Shown: positions 1 to 10,817 of the stretch, one piece after another | How the letters are laid out: the number at the start of each line of letters is the position of its first letter | Position numbering within the stretch: the stretch's first letter is position 1 | Assembly: GCA_040256005.1 (NCBI GenBank) | Contig: JBDZWC010000011.1 | Location: 1-40,141 of the forward strand | Direction of reading: 5' to 3' | Length of the DNA stretch: 40,141 nucleotides | From: Deinococcaceae bacterium | GTDB taxonomy: Bacteria; Deinococcota; Deinococci; Deinococcales; Trueperaceae | Notes under the pieces: generated by a model | What the model was told of the DNA's origin: nothing | Seen by the model: the letters and a program-made list of their open reading frames with translations, nothing else | Database searches by the model: none | Position numbers and translations under genes: made by a program

Positions 1-72
1 CCGAGCGCCTCGGGCACGACGTACGGCACCTTCGCCCAACTGAAGCTGAGCAGCTCCCGTCTGTCGGCCTGA
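1..72 (+). CDS. 3' end of a gene running in from the left edge (product unknown)
   Basis: Frame 1 is open from the window edge: PSASGTTYGTFAQLKLSSSRLSA*, TGA at 70-72, convergent with the next gene. Too short to identify. Confidence 0.35.
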   Translation, partial: PSASGTTYGTFAQLKLSSSRLSA

Positions 73-88
73 AGGGCCGCGTCGTCGG

Positions 89-766
89 TCAAGCGCGCTG
101 GCGGCGGGCGCGGTGCCGCCGCTTGCTCATGCGCTCGCGCATGATGTCGCGAGCCAGGTCGAACCGCTCGGTCAGCGACGGGGCGGCCAGCAACGGCTGC
201 TTGCTGGCGGCCGGCACGCGGATGTTGGCGCACACGAACGATGCCTGGTACAGGGGGTCCTCGGGCAGGTGGACGTCTATGTCGGTGTCACCTCGGTACA
301 GGGTGTCGGCGTACTCGCGGAAGGTGTCGATCGCGTCCCAGGCCGCGACGGCCTCGGCGTTGGGGTCTCCCCTTACGACCGGGGCGGGGCGGTACTCGGC
401 GAAGTACAAGGGCCGCGTGTCGCCGCCGCCGTCGGCCACGTCCATAGCGTCGGAGATGTCCACCTCGCAGCGCTCCTGGCCGTGGAGCACGAGGTCGTAG
501 CCCTCGTCGGTCTCCTCGACGCTGAGCAGGTGCACGAGCGTCCCGTAGCGCTCGAACTGCTCGGCGGTGTCCCTGATGGGGGCGGTCGGCGGCGTGAACA
601 CCGTGATGAACCGTTTGGGCTCCGTCTCCTGAGCCAGCGCCAGCTTCACGAGGTGCTTGTAGCGCTCCTCGGTGGCGGTGACGGGCACCGTCATGCCGGG
701 GAACACCACGACGTCGAGCGGCAGCACCGGCAGCGCGTCCGGGCCGTTTCGCCTCACCTTGTGCAT
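89..766 (-). CDS. Stand-alone LON peptidase substrate-binding (N-terminal) domain protein
   Basis: LPVLPLDVVVFPGMTVP...LHGQERC...KQPLL matches the Lon N-domain pattern; no AAA+ or protease domain. Start is ATG 766 with GGAGAG SD, or leaderless GTG 778. Confidence 0.8.
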   Translation of the reverse strand: MHKVRRNGPDALPVLPLDVVVFPGMTVPVTATEERYKHLVKLALAQETEPKRFITVFTPPTAPIRDTAEQFERYGTLVHLLSVEETDEGYDLVLHGQERCEVDISDAMDVADGGGDTRPLYFAEYRPAPVVRGDPNAEAVAAWDAIDTFREYADTLYRGDTDIDVHLPEDPLYQASFVCANIRVPAASKQPLLAAPSLTERFDLARDIMRERMSKRRHRARRQRA

Positions 767-919
767 GGTCTCTCCCACGGCCCCACGGTACCAGGGGGCG
801 GCGCGAGCGTCTGCCGCCCCCCACACCATGACCTTCACGCCGCCTTGAGGGCGTGCCGACGCCGTCCTGGCGGCGGGTCGGATTCGCCCTGGCGCCGCCT
901 CACCCGAGCGCCGGCTCGT

Positions 920-1876
920 CTAGCGCCAGACGATGCCGAGGATCGTGCCCACCAGCACGATGGGACCCAGCACGAGGTTCAGGTCGAAGGCGTCCAACGC
1001 TCGCGCGTCGCGGAACCGCCTCAGCGCCCTCACCTGTACGACCAGGAAGCCCATCACCGTGACCGCGGCGACCAGGTAGGGGATCCCCAGGCCCTCGTGC
1101 GGCCAGTCGGGGTGGATAGCGGTGGCCAACCCGACCCCGAGCAGCGCCAGGACAGCCAGCGTGTAGAGCGCGCCCACGGCCGCGATCGCGCGCGACTCGC
1201 CCAGGTCTGCCGGCAGGCTATGCACGCCGTGGGCGCGGTCGAACGCGAGGTCGGCGAAGGCGTAGATCACGTCGAAGCCCGCGACCCATGCGGCCACCGC
1301 GATCCACAGGAGCACGGCGACGAGGTGGAACGCGCCGGTGACGGCGATGTAGCCGCCGGCCGCGGCGGCGCCGATCGTCACGCCCAACCACAGGTGGCAC
1401 GCCCAGGTGAAGCGCTTCGTGTACGGGTAGGCGATCAGGAACGCCAACGCGACGGGCAGCAGCGCGAGCGTGAGCGGGTTGAGGGCCGCGCCGGCGAAGA
1501 CGAGGGCCGCCGCTCCCAGCGCTGCGACGACCACCCCGTCCCACGCGGTGAGCCGACCACTGGGGATCTCGCGGCTGGCAGTGCGCGGGTTGAGGGCGTC
1601 GAGGCGAGCGTCGATGACACGGTTGGCGGCCATGGCCGCCGTGCGCGCCCCGACCATGGCGAGCGTGACCAGCAGGAAGACGCGCCAGCCCGGCCAGCCG
1701 TCGGCGGCGAGGATCATGCCGACGTACGCGTAGGGCAGCGCGAAGAGCGAGTGCTGGATCCTGACCAGCGACAGGTAGGTAGGCAGGTCGCGGCGCGGCT
1801 TGGCTCGCGCCCGGGAAGGCGCCCCGAGTCGCGGCGCCGGCTCCGACCCGGCGGTCTCCGAGGACCCTTCAGCCAT
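920..1876 (-). CDS. UbiA-family polyprenyltransferase (MqnP-like, menaquinone futalosine pathway)
   Basis: HSLFALPYA, ARTAAMAANRVIDARLDALNPRTASREIPSG, YPYTKRFT, WVAGFDVIYA..D..FD; multiple TM segments. Confidence 0.88.
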   Translation of the reverse strand: MAEGSSETAGSEPAPRLGAPSRARAKPRRDLPTYLSLVRIQHSLFALPYAYVGMILAADGWPGWRVFLLVTLAMVGARTAAMAANRVIDARLDALNPRTASREIPSGRLTAWDGVVVAALGAAALVFAGAALNPLTLALLPVALAFLIAYPYTKRFTWACHLWLGVTIGAAAAGGYIAVTGAFHLVAVLLWIAVAAWVAGFDVIYAFADLAFDRAHGVHSLPADLGESRAIAAVGALYTLAVLALLGVGLATAIHPDWPHEGLGIPYLVAAVTVMGFLVVQVRALRRFRDARALDAFDLNLVLGPIVLVGTILGIVWR

Positions 1877-1909
1877 CTGGCGCGCCGCCGCGTGAAAGGC
1901 ACCCGGCCA

Positions 1910-3331
1910 TCAGTGCTGCCTCGCAGCCTCCTTGATGGCGTGCGTGGAGAAGCCGAACGACGGCAGGTAGCGTTCGGCCGGGCCGTGCAAGATGCTCCGG
2001 TAGAGCTCCGCGATGTCTGTACCACCGACCGCTACCGGCATCCTCAGTTCCTCCTGCAGTTCGGGCAACGTGCGGTCGTCCAGCATCGTCTGCGTGCCGT
2101 ACTTGAACATGTTGGGCGACAACAGCAACAGGTCGGCCTCTCCCGGCCGGACCCCTCTCAACACGTCGCGGCCGGCCAGCAGGCCTGCGACCGTCGTGAC
2201 CGCGCCGAAGGTGACGTTCTCGAGGGCCCGCACCTCGACCTCCAGGCCCGGCACCCGACGTAGCGGGGCCACGGCAGCGTCCAGCACCGGGGCGAACAGC
2301 CTGCCGGTGGCGAGCAGTACCCGCCGCGGCAACGGGGCGCTGGGACGCAGGTCGGGTAGGTCCTGACCGAGGAAGTCGCGCACCATGCCTACACCGTTCT
2401 CGAGCATCGGGAAGCCCTCGTAGGCCTCGGCCGGCGGAAGTTCCCTGTCGGCGGTCAGGTAGAACTCGTCGGACGCGAACACGAAGCGCGTGCCGCGCTC
2501 CCGCATCATCCGGGCCTGCCAGGCTTCGACCCGGCGCACGACGTCAGCCGCGGTCTCCGGGTCGAACTTATCCACCGGGGCGAGGTGCCCCCTGTGACCC
2601 GTGAGCCCCACCGGTACCGCCGCGACCGAGAGCACGTTGTCGCGCGACGCCAGGTACTCGAGCGTGGCGTCGAGCTCGTCCCCGTCGTTGCGGCCCGGCA
2701 CGAGGACCAACTGGGTGTAGAAGTCGATCGTCGCTAGCCGCTCGAACATCTTCCTGATGCTGGTCGTCTCCGGGTTCGGTACCTTGGTGTCCCACCACTT
2801 CATGAGGTCGGCGCGCTTCGCCTCGTCGGCCGTGTGGACCGACACGTAGAGGGGCGAGAGGTGCTCGTCACGGATGCGCGCGATGTCGCCCTCGGTGAGG
2901 TTCGTCATGGTGACGAAGGAGCCGTAGAGGAAGCTCGTGCGGTAGTCGTCGTCCATGATGTAGAGGCTCTTGCGCATGCCCTTGGGCATCTGATGGATGT
3001 AGCAGAAGTCGCAGTGGTTGGCGCACAGCCGGATGCCGTCGAAGATGACCTCCTCGAACTCCAGGCCGGGCTCCTCCCACTCGACCTCGAAGGTCAAGGA
3101 CGCGCCGCTGCCCGGCTCGCGCACCTCGATGGCCGCCAGCCCCCTGCCCAGCTCCCGCCTGTAGGCCAACACATCGGGGATCGGCTGACCGTTGACCGTC
3201 AGCAGCTCCCAGCCCGGCTCGACACCGGCGACTTGGGCCGGCGAGCCCGCCTCTACCCGGGCGATGGCGGCTGGCGTCACCGTGGCGGGTCTGGGGTTGG
3301 CGCGGCTGAGGACTACGTTCGGCCTGGACAC
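1910..3331 (-). CDS. PDZ + radical-SAM-like Fe-S protein, DUF512 family
   Basis: N-terminal PDZ-like segment (VEAGSPAQVAG..PG.ELLTVNGQ), CxxxCxxC (CANHCDFC), DDDYRTSFLYGSF, LENGVG, TTVAGLLAG. Confidence 0.88.
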   Translation of the reverse strand: MSRPNVVLSRANPRPATVTPAAIARVEAGSPAQVAGVEPGWELLTVNGQPIPDVLAYRRELGRGLAAIEVREPGSGASLTFEVEWEEPGLEFEEVIFDGIRLCANHCDFCYIHQMPKGMRKSLYIMDDDYRTSFLYGSFVTMTNLTEGDIARIRDEHLSPLYVSVHTADEAKRADLMKWWDTKVPNPETTSIRKMFERLATIDFYTQLVLVPGRNDGDELDATLEYLASRDNVLSVAAVPVGLTGHRGHLAPVDKFDPETAADVVRRVEAWQARMMRERGTRFVFASDEFYLTADRELPPAEAYEGFPMLENGVGMVRDFLGQDLPDLRPSAPLPRRVLLATGRLFAPVLDAAVAPLRRVPGLEVEVRALENVTFGAVTTVAGLLAGRDVLRGVRPGEADLLLLSPNMFKYGTQTMLDDRTLPELQEELRMPVAVGGTDIAELYRSILHGPAERYLPSFGFSTHAIKEAARQH

Positions 3332-3401
3332 AGCGGGCCAGTCTAGCAGACGGTCCAGGCAGCGCTCACCCGCGGGAGACGAGTGCCCGCCTCTGCGGCC
3401 G

Positions 3402-3965
3402 TCAGATCGATTCGTCCACGGCCTCGCGGCGCGAGAAGCTGGTGCGATCGGAGACGACGACGAACCCGTGCACCGGGGCGTCGCTCTCGAACGACACCGT
3501 GGCGCCGGGCACCACGCCCGGAGGCAAGGGCTCGCGGGAGGTGACCACGAGCGGTTCGCCAGCGTCCACCACGACGGTACGGCCGTCCACCTCGAGGACT
3601 CTGCCCGCAGCCGCCAGACGGCTCAGGCCCAACGCTTCGAGCCGTCGCTCGCCGGCCGCGACGACGGTGAGCCTGGCGACGGTGGGGTTCACGATGAGCC
3701 GGTTCGGACCCGGCCTGGACAGGTAGGGACCCGTGCGCTCGAACACCTGGATCACGGCGTCGGCGACCCGGCACTCGATGAGTGGTACGCCCTCCGGCCT
3801 GGCGAAGAGCTCAGACTGCGCTGCCCTGCCTCGCCACCTGTTCACGAAGCCCTCGGGGGAGTCCTCGAGGCTCTCGCTAGAGGCGGGGATGGTCGCGGCC
3901 TCCGGCCTCAGATGGCCCCCGGAGGCACGCTCGGCCGAGCTCGGACCTGCCCGATCCACCGACAC
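3402..3965 (-). CDS. Hypothetical protein, beta-rich C-terminus
   Basis: 187-aa ORF filling the gap; TGgTAGACT -10 lies 6 nt before GTG 3965; no recognised family. Confidence 0.65.
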   Translation of the reverse strand: MSVDRAGPSSAERASGGHLRPEAATIPASSESLEDSPEGFVNRWRGRAAQSELFARPEGVPLIECRVADAVIQVFERTGPYLSRPGPNRLIVNPTVARLTVVAAGERRLEALGLSRLAAAGRVLEVDGRTVVVDAGEPLVVTSREPLPPGVVPGATVSFESDAPVHGFVVVSDRTSFSRREAVDESI

Positions 3966-3971
3966 GTGGCG

Positions 3972-4002
3972 AGTCTACCAGCCGGGGATGCCGTGCTAGA
4001 CT
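3972..4002. promoter_or_regulatory. Back-to-back extended -10 elements (TGnTAGACT on both strands)
   Basis: Minus TAGACT at 3972-3977 (6 nt from GTG 3965); plus TAGACT at 3997-4002 (7 nt from GTG 4010). Confidence 0.6.
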
Positions 4003-4042
4003 CACCCGCGTGACTCGACCGCCCTGCAAAGGCGCTGCTTAC

Positions 4043-4080
4043 ACCCCCGTCGGCCCCGCGCCGGACGGGGGTTTCTACTT
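4043..4080 (+). terminator. Strong hairpin followed by a T-rich tract inside the leader of the zinc-ribbon gene (candidate attenuator)
   Basis: ACCCCCGTC (4043-4051) pairs with GACGGGGGT (4064-4072), with an inner GGC/GCC; the stem's final T runs into TTTCTACTT (4072-4080). Confidence 0.45.
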
Positions 4081-4092
4081 GCCGGAGGCTTG

Positions 4093-4794
4093 ATGTTGAG
4101 GAGATTGAGCGACGTGCAGGCGCTGGACCTGCAGATCGACGCGTTGGAGCAGGAGCGGGGCCAGACGCCTCCGGAACTCAAGGAGCTCAACGACAGGCTC
4201 GCAGACCTGCAGGTGCGCCTGTCGCGCAAGCGCGACGAGGTCGACGACCTCAGGCGCCGCGTGAACGCCAACGAGCTGGACCTCAAGGCGATGTCGGAGA
4301 GACGCAAGAACGCGGCCGACTCCGCGATGCGTGCCTCTTCGCCCAAGGAGACCGCTCAGTACCAGAACCAGGAGCTGCAGTTCGCGACGCGCGTCCAGGA
4401 GCTCGAGGAGGACACGCTACCGCTGCTGGAGCAGTTGGAGGAGCGCACCGCCGAGCAGGACGCGCTGCAGGCCGAGGTCGACGAGGTCACCCCGAACCTC
4501 GAGGAGATGCGGCGCCAGGAGGAGGAGCGCGTGGCCGAGGTGGACGCGCGCATCGCGGCCGCCCGCTCGCAGCGCGAACAGGTCTCCGCCGAGGTGGAGC
4601 GTCCGCTGCTCAAGCAGTACGAGCAGGTGCGGGCCGCTCGGCGCGGCATGGCCCTGGTCGAGGTCGTGAACAACCAGAGCTGCGGCGGCTGCAACGTCAA
4701 GCTGCCCATCCACGTCGTCCAGAAGGTCAAGAAGGGCGTGGGCGTGACGCGCTGCCCGAGTTGCGGCCGCATCCTGTGGAGCGGCGAGCAGTAG
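4093..4794 (+). CDS. Coiled-coil protein with C-terminal C4 zinc ribbon (DUF164 / CT398 / HP0958-like)
   Basis: LSDVQALDLQID N-terminus, long heptad coiled coil, CGGC...CPSCGRIL; GGAGG SD before TTG 4090/ATG 4093. Confidence 0.9.
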   Translation: MLRRLSDVQALDLQIDALEQERGQTPPELKELNDRLADLQVRLSRKRDEVDDLRRRVNANELDLKAMSERRKNAADSAMRASSPKETAQYQNQELQFATRVQELEEDTLPLLEQLEERTAEQDALQAEVDEVTPNLEEMRRQEEERVAEVDARIAAARSQREQVSAEVERPLLKQYEQVRAARRGMALVEVVNNQSCGGCNVKLPIHVVQKVKKGVGVTRCPSCGRILWSGEQ

Positions 4795-4798
4795 CGAG

Positions 4799-5797
4799 CT
4801 AGCGCAGGGTCGCCAGCGGGTCCACGGCCCTGCCGGCCGTGTACAGCTCGAAGTGGACGTGCGGGCCGGTCGAGATGCCGGTCGAGCCCACGTAGCCGAT
4901 CACCTGGTTCTGCTTCACGTACTGGCCGACGGAGACCGCCAGCGAGCTGAAGTGCCCGTACCAGGTCTCGTCGCCACCGGAGTGGCGCACCTTGATGAGG
5001 TTGCCGTAGCCCTGCGTCGACCAGCCGGCGAACGTGACGGTGCCGGAGCGGGAGGCGACGACGGGCGTACCCCAGGGCGCGGCGATGTCGATGCCCCGGT
5101 GGAAGCTCGAGGTGCCCATGCCCAGGTTGCGCGGGCCGAAGTACGAGGTGAGCCGGCCGTGGAGCGGCCACACGTAGCGGTTCTCCTCCTCGCGGACGCG
5201 CTCGAGGCGGGCCATGGCCTCCTGCGGCCGGACGCCGGGCAGGAACAGCAACATGCCGGGGACGATGTCGAACGGGGACCGGAGCTCGTTGGCGCGCGCC
5301 AGAGCCTCGGGCTCGACGTCGTAGCGGGCGATCACGTCCAGGACCGAGTCGCCGGGCCGCAGCGTCACGACCAGGCCCAAGGCAGGCGGGACGAGGAGCT
5401 CGATGCCCAGCGGCAGGCGGTCCAACGACGAGATGTCGGGGTTGGCCCCCACCATCGCCTCGACGCTCACGCCGTACATGCTGGCTACGGTGCTCAGGGT
5501 CTCGCCCGGCCCCAGCCTGTGCCATCTGAAGCCTGGCGGTGGCGGGGCGGCTGCTTCGGCCGGACCGCCGACGGCGGCGACGTAGGGGACCTTGACGACC
5601 TGTCCTGGGTGGATCGTGGCGCTCTGAAGACCGTTGACGACCATCAGGTCGTCCACGGAGACCCGGTAGCGCTCCGCGATGAGACCCAGCGAGTCACCGG
5701 GAACGACTGTCCTGAGGGCGTAAGACTCCGCGGCTGCGAGAGGGCTGAGCGTGCCGGCGGCACACAGGACTAAGAAGGCGGTTCTCAGGTTGATCAA
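4799..5797 (-). CDS. Secreted multi-LysM, M23 peptidoglycan endopeptidase
   Basis: Signal peptide, three LysM repeats (GDSL..IA.RY, GETL..VA..Y, GDSV..V..RY), M23 motifs HRGID, YGH, STGPHVHFE. Confidence 0.92.
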   Translation of the reverse strand: MINLRTAFLVLCAAGTLSPLAAAESYALRTVVPGDSLGLIAERYRVSVDDLMVVNGLQSATIHPGQVVKVPYVAAVGGPAEAAAPPPPGFRWHRLGPGETLSTVASMYGVSVEAMVGANPDISSLDRLPLGIELLVPPALGLVVTLRPGDSVLDVIARYDVEPEALARANELRSPFDIVPGMLLFLPGVRPQEAMARLERVREEENRYVWPLHGRLTSYFGPRNLGMGTSSFHRGIDIAAPWGTPVVASRSGTVTFAGWSTQGYGNLIKVRHSGGDETWYGHFSSLAVSVGQYVKQNQVIGYVGSTGISTGPHVHFELYTAGRAVDPLATLR

Positions 5798-5920
5798 GAC
5801 ACTGTGCTCCGGTCGAGCCGCGGGTTGCGACCCTTGGAACCCTACCGCGCGGCGGATGAGAGATGCATGAGCTTTCTCACCCGACCGGGGCGTTCGACCC
5901 AGACGGACAGCCGCTCGCGT

Positions 5921-6376
5921 CTAGCGCGGCGTCTTCTCGGCCACTGTGCGCCGCACGTAGGCCACGACGTCCTCGGTGCTGGAACCGGGTCCGAACACCT
6001 CGCCGACGCCGAGCTGGGCCAGCTTCGGACGGTCCTGGTCGGGCACGATGCCACCGCCGAAGACCAGGACGTCGTGGGCGCCCTTCGCCCTCAGACCTTC
6101 CATGACGGCCGCGAAGTAGTGCATGTGCGCTCCCGACAGCACCGAGAGGCCGACCGCATCGACGTCCTCCTGGACCGCAGCCGCCACGATCATCTCGGCG
6201 GTCTGCCTCAGGCCTGTGTAGATGACCTCCATGCCCGCGTCCCTCAAGGCGCGGGCGATGACCTTCGCGCCGCGGTCGTGGCCGTCCAGGCCGGGCTTGG
6301 CTATCAGCACCCTGAGCTTGCGGTCCTCGTCCCCCGCGCTCGCCACTTCACTCGCCTCTCGCACTTCTCGCGCCAT
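5921..6376 (-). CDS. Cobalamin-binding small subunit of a B12 acyl-CoA mutase (IcmB/McmB-like)
   Basis: [13 protein letters not shown] (DxHxxG), [14 protein letters not shown]; start taken at ATG 6376, 19 nt after the large-subunit stop. Confidence 0.93.
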   Translation of the reverse strand: MAREVREASEVASAGDEDRKLRVLIAKPGLDGHDRGAKVIARALRDAGMEVIYTGLRQTAEMIVAAAVQEDVDAVGLSVLSGAHMHYFAAVMEGLRAKGAHDVLVFGGGIVPDQDRPKLAQLGVGEVFGPGSSTEDVVAYVRRTVAEKTPR

Positions 6377-6395
6377 CTCGCCCTCGAGGTCCGCT

Positions 6396-8038
<1,643 letters not shown>

Positions 8039-8042
<4 letters not shown>

Positions 8043-9016
8043 GTCGGCATCATACGCGCGGCCCTCACGACCCTGGCGGTCGCCTGCGGCCCCACCGACA
8101 ACCGCCCGGCGTCCGCGACGTCCTGCCGCAACACGGCCAGCGCTCCCAGGCCTCCGTCCGGCAGGCGCGCCACCGTGCCCAGACGTCCCACGACCTTGCC
8201 GTCCAATGTGACCTCTCTGCCAGCCGGCTCCCCCGAGAGCTCCAACGCCACCAGGCCACGCCTGACGCTGCCGCGCGCCTCGATGCGCGCCATGATCTCC
8301 TGGCCCAGGTAGCAGCCCTTGCGGAAAGAGACGAGGCCCTCCAAACCCGCTTCCTGGGGGAGCACGCCTTCACCGCCTTCGCGGCCCGCTGCGGGCACGA
8401 GCCCGGCGACCCTGGCCGCGTCCAGCGCCGCCTCGTCAGCGGCGACGGCCCCGGCGGCGGTGAGCGCCGCCTCGGCCTCCGCAGCCAGCCCGCCTGCCTC
8501 CGGGCCCAGGAAGGTCACGTCGTAGCCGCCCGCGGCGGTCCGCGCGGTCCGGTACGCATGTCCGCTCGGGCCGATAGCGAGCCACTCCCCTTCGGCCGGT
8601 GGCTGTGCGCTCAACGCGCCCAGTGCGCCGTCGGCGACGCCCTGTACCGTCAGGACCACGCAGTCGACGGGCTCGAGCTTCACCTCGTCGAAGACGATGT
8701 GCCGCTCGAGGGTCTCCCGCACCCACGCGCCCTGCCCGTCGTCGACGATCAGCGCGAGCCGGCTCTGTTCGAACCTGAGCACCTGGGCCTCCGCCATGGC
8801 GTGACCCTTGTGGTTCAGGAGCAGGCTGCGGACAGCGCCGCCGTCCCTCAAGCCCTTGACGTCGTTGGCCAGCTGGCCGTGCAGGAAGTCGACGGCATCC
8901 GCGCCGGTGGCCAGCAGCGCAGCGCTGCCGGCGAGCCGCGTGAACATCGGCGCGCCACCCGGCCGGGTGGCGGTCGAGACGCCGGGCCCGTACCCCACCG
9001 CTGTGTCATGGCTCAT
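8039..9016 (-). CDS. ygfZ: YgfZ/GcvT-family folate-binding protein
   Basis: [16 protein letters not shown] and the signature [19 protein letters not shown] overlap with the mutase gene. Confidence 0.9.
8049..8054 (-). promoter_or_regulatory. Internal -10 element for the leaderless mutase large subunit
   Basis: TATGAT-gccgac-ATG, located inside the 3' end of ygfZ. Confidence 0.55.
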
Positions 9017-9032
9017 GTGGCGATCATCCCCT

Positions 9033-9665
9033 TCAGAGGTCGATGAGCGTGTAGCCGAAGGCGTTGACCACGCGGACGCCGGTGTCGGTCACGTACTCGC
9101 GGGGTCCTCCGCCCTCGAGATGCACGTGGCCGTGCACATGCAGGAGCGGACGCCACCGTGCGTGGAAGCGGTTGAAGGCCGGCACCCCGCGGTGCGCGTG
9201 GTCCTGTCCTGCCGATGGGCCCACCGGCGGTGCGTGGGTCAGCAACACGTCGACAGCCCGGCCGCGCCGCCGCTCCTCCAGCCAGAGCCTGGGGGCCAAC
9301 CTGCCTAGCATGCCGGCGAACTCACGCTCCGTGTACTGGAACGGGCCGTCACGGTAGCGCAAGCTCCCCTGCACCCCCAGGACGTTGAGCCCGGCGACGG
9401 TAAGCAGCTTGAGGTGGGCGTCGATGCAGCCCCCGGGCGGCAGGTGGGGCGTGTCGCCCTCCGGGCTGCGCATCAGGCCGTAGCCGTGGTTCCCGAACAC
9501 GTACAGCGGGGCGACGCTCGCCTTCGTGGCCACGAACTCGAGCACCTCTCCCGGCATGTCACCGGCCGACAGGATCGCGTCGAAAGACGGCAGGTTGCCC
9601 GGGAAGTTCGCCGAGTGGATCACCGGCGAGACCTCGTCCGCGATGGCCAGGAGGCGCACGCCCAA
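9033..9665 (-). CDS. Calcineurin-like metallophosphoesterase
   Basis: IADE, AGD, GNH, THAPP, HGHVH motifs. Start uncertain: TTG 9665 or GTG 9659 lies after a hairpin at 9677-9705; the ORF is open to 9755. Confidence 0.85.
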   Translation of the reverse strand: MGVRLLAIADEVSPVIHSANFPGNLPSFDAILSAGDMPGEVLEFVATKASVAPLYVFGNHGYGLMRSPEGDTPHLPPGGCIDAHLKLLTVAGLNVLGVQGSLRYRDGPFQYTEREFAGMLGRLAPRLWLEERRRGRAVDVLLTHAPPVGPSAGQDHAHRGVPAFNRFHARWRPLLHVHGHVHLEGGGPREYVTDTGVRVVNAFGYTLIDL

Positions 9666-9727
9666 CGGCGCGGCGTCCGGGGTCGCGGCGTGCGCCGCGC
9701 CCCGGTCTCCCCCCTGCGCCTCCCGCC

Positions 9728-10817
9728 CTACGCCACCGCCTCCTTGGCGTGCCACTCGAGGCCCGCCCAGATGAGGTCCTCGATGTCGCCGTCTAAGACG
9801 GCGTCGGGGTCATGCCGCATGGCGGCCGTGCGGTGGTCCTTGACGTAGCGCTTGTCGAGCACGTAGCTGCGGATCTGGGAGCCCCACTCGATGGCCTTCT
9901 GCTGACCGCGCGCCTTCATCTGCTCCTCGAGGCGCCTCCGCTCCTCGCGCTCGTAGAGACGCGAGCGCAGCACGGTCATGGCCTTCTCCCGGTTCTTGAT
10001 CTGCGACTTGCCGTCCTGGCACGTCACCACGATCTCGTCCGGGGTGCCGGGCCTGAAGGTGACCCTCACGGCCGAGTCGGTGGTGTTCACGGACTGGCCG
10101 CCGGGCCCGCTGGAGCGGTAGACGTCGACCCGGATGTCCTTCGGATCGATCTCGATGTCGATGTCGTCGTCGATCTCCGGCATGACCTCCACCGAGGCGA
10201 AGGACGTGTGGCGCCGGCCCTGGGAGTCGAAGGGGCTCACCCTCACGAGGCGGTGCACGCCGCCCTCCACGCGGAGCCGGCCGAAGGCCCGGTCTCCCCT
10301 GACGATCATCTGCGCGTACTCGATCCCGTTCGGGGCGTCGTTGTTGGGCACGACGTCGAGGACCTCGACGTCGTAGCCGTTGCGCTCCGCGTAGCGCCGG
10401 TACATGCGGAACAGCATGCCGGCCCAGTCGGCCGATTCGGTGCCGCCGGCGCCCGGCTTGATCGTGATGATCGCGGCGCTGTCGTCGTGCGGGCCGTTGA
10501 AGAGCGTCTCGCGGTAGAGGCCGTCCAGGTCGCGCTCCACGCGCTCGCGCTCCGGCTCGAGCTCCTCGAGCTCCTCGTCGGTGGCGATCTCCAGCAGCTC
10601 CTCGAGGCCCACGACGTCGCCTTCGAGCGTGTCGAACTGCTCGATGACCCGCCGTAGCCGCGACGCCTCCTGCGTCAGCTGCTTGGCCTTGTCAGGGTCG
10701 TTCCACAGACCCGGTTCGTTGAGTTGAGGTTCTAGTCGCTCCAACCTGGCACGCTTGGTGCCCAGGTCAAAGATACCCCCGTAGGTGCTCGATCCGTTCC
10801 TTCAGTTCGCTGGTCAT
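9728..10817 (-). CDS. prfB: Peptide chain release factor 2 (programmed +1 frameshift, about 362 aa)
   Basis: ATG 10817 gives MTSELKERIEHLRGYL-TGA; the +1 frame continues DLGTKRARLERLEPQL...; SPF and GGQ motifs present. Confidence 0.97.
10766..10780 (-). promoter_or_regulatory. prfB +1 ribosomal frameshift cassette
   Basis: Minus strand reads GGGGG-TAT-CTT-TGA-C: internal SD-like run, slippery CTT and in-frame UGA. Confidence 0.97.

Noticed and set aside
794..919. Nested GC hairpins between the prenyltransferase and Lon-N genes as a possible riboswitch
   Set aside because: No recognisable aptamer consensus, and they lie upstream of the likely -10. The 9-bp stem at 794-821 lacks a U-tract and is explainable by GC content.
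113..2263. 716-aa plus-strand ORF (and similar ones at 6222-8312, 4356-5525, 16179-18089)
   Set aside because: Antisense or off-frame shadows of motif-bearing genes; stops are rare in high-GC DNA and the translations have no family motifs.
10745..10817. prfB as a pseudogene because of the in-frame TGA
   Set aside because: It is the canonical programmed frameshift.
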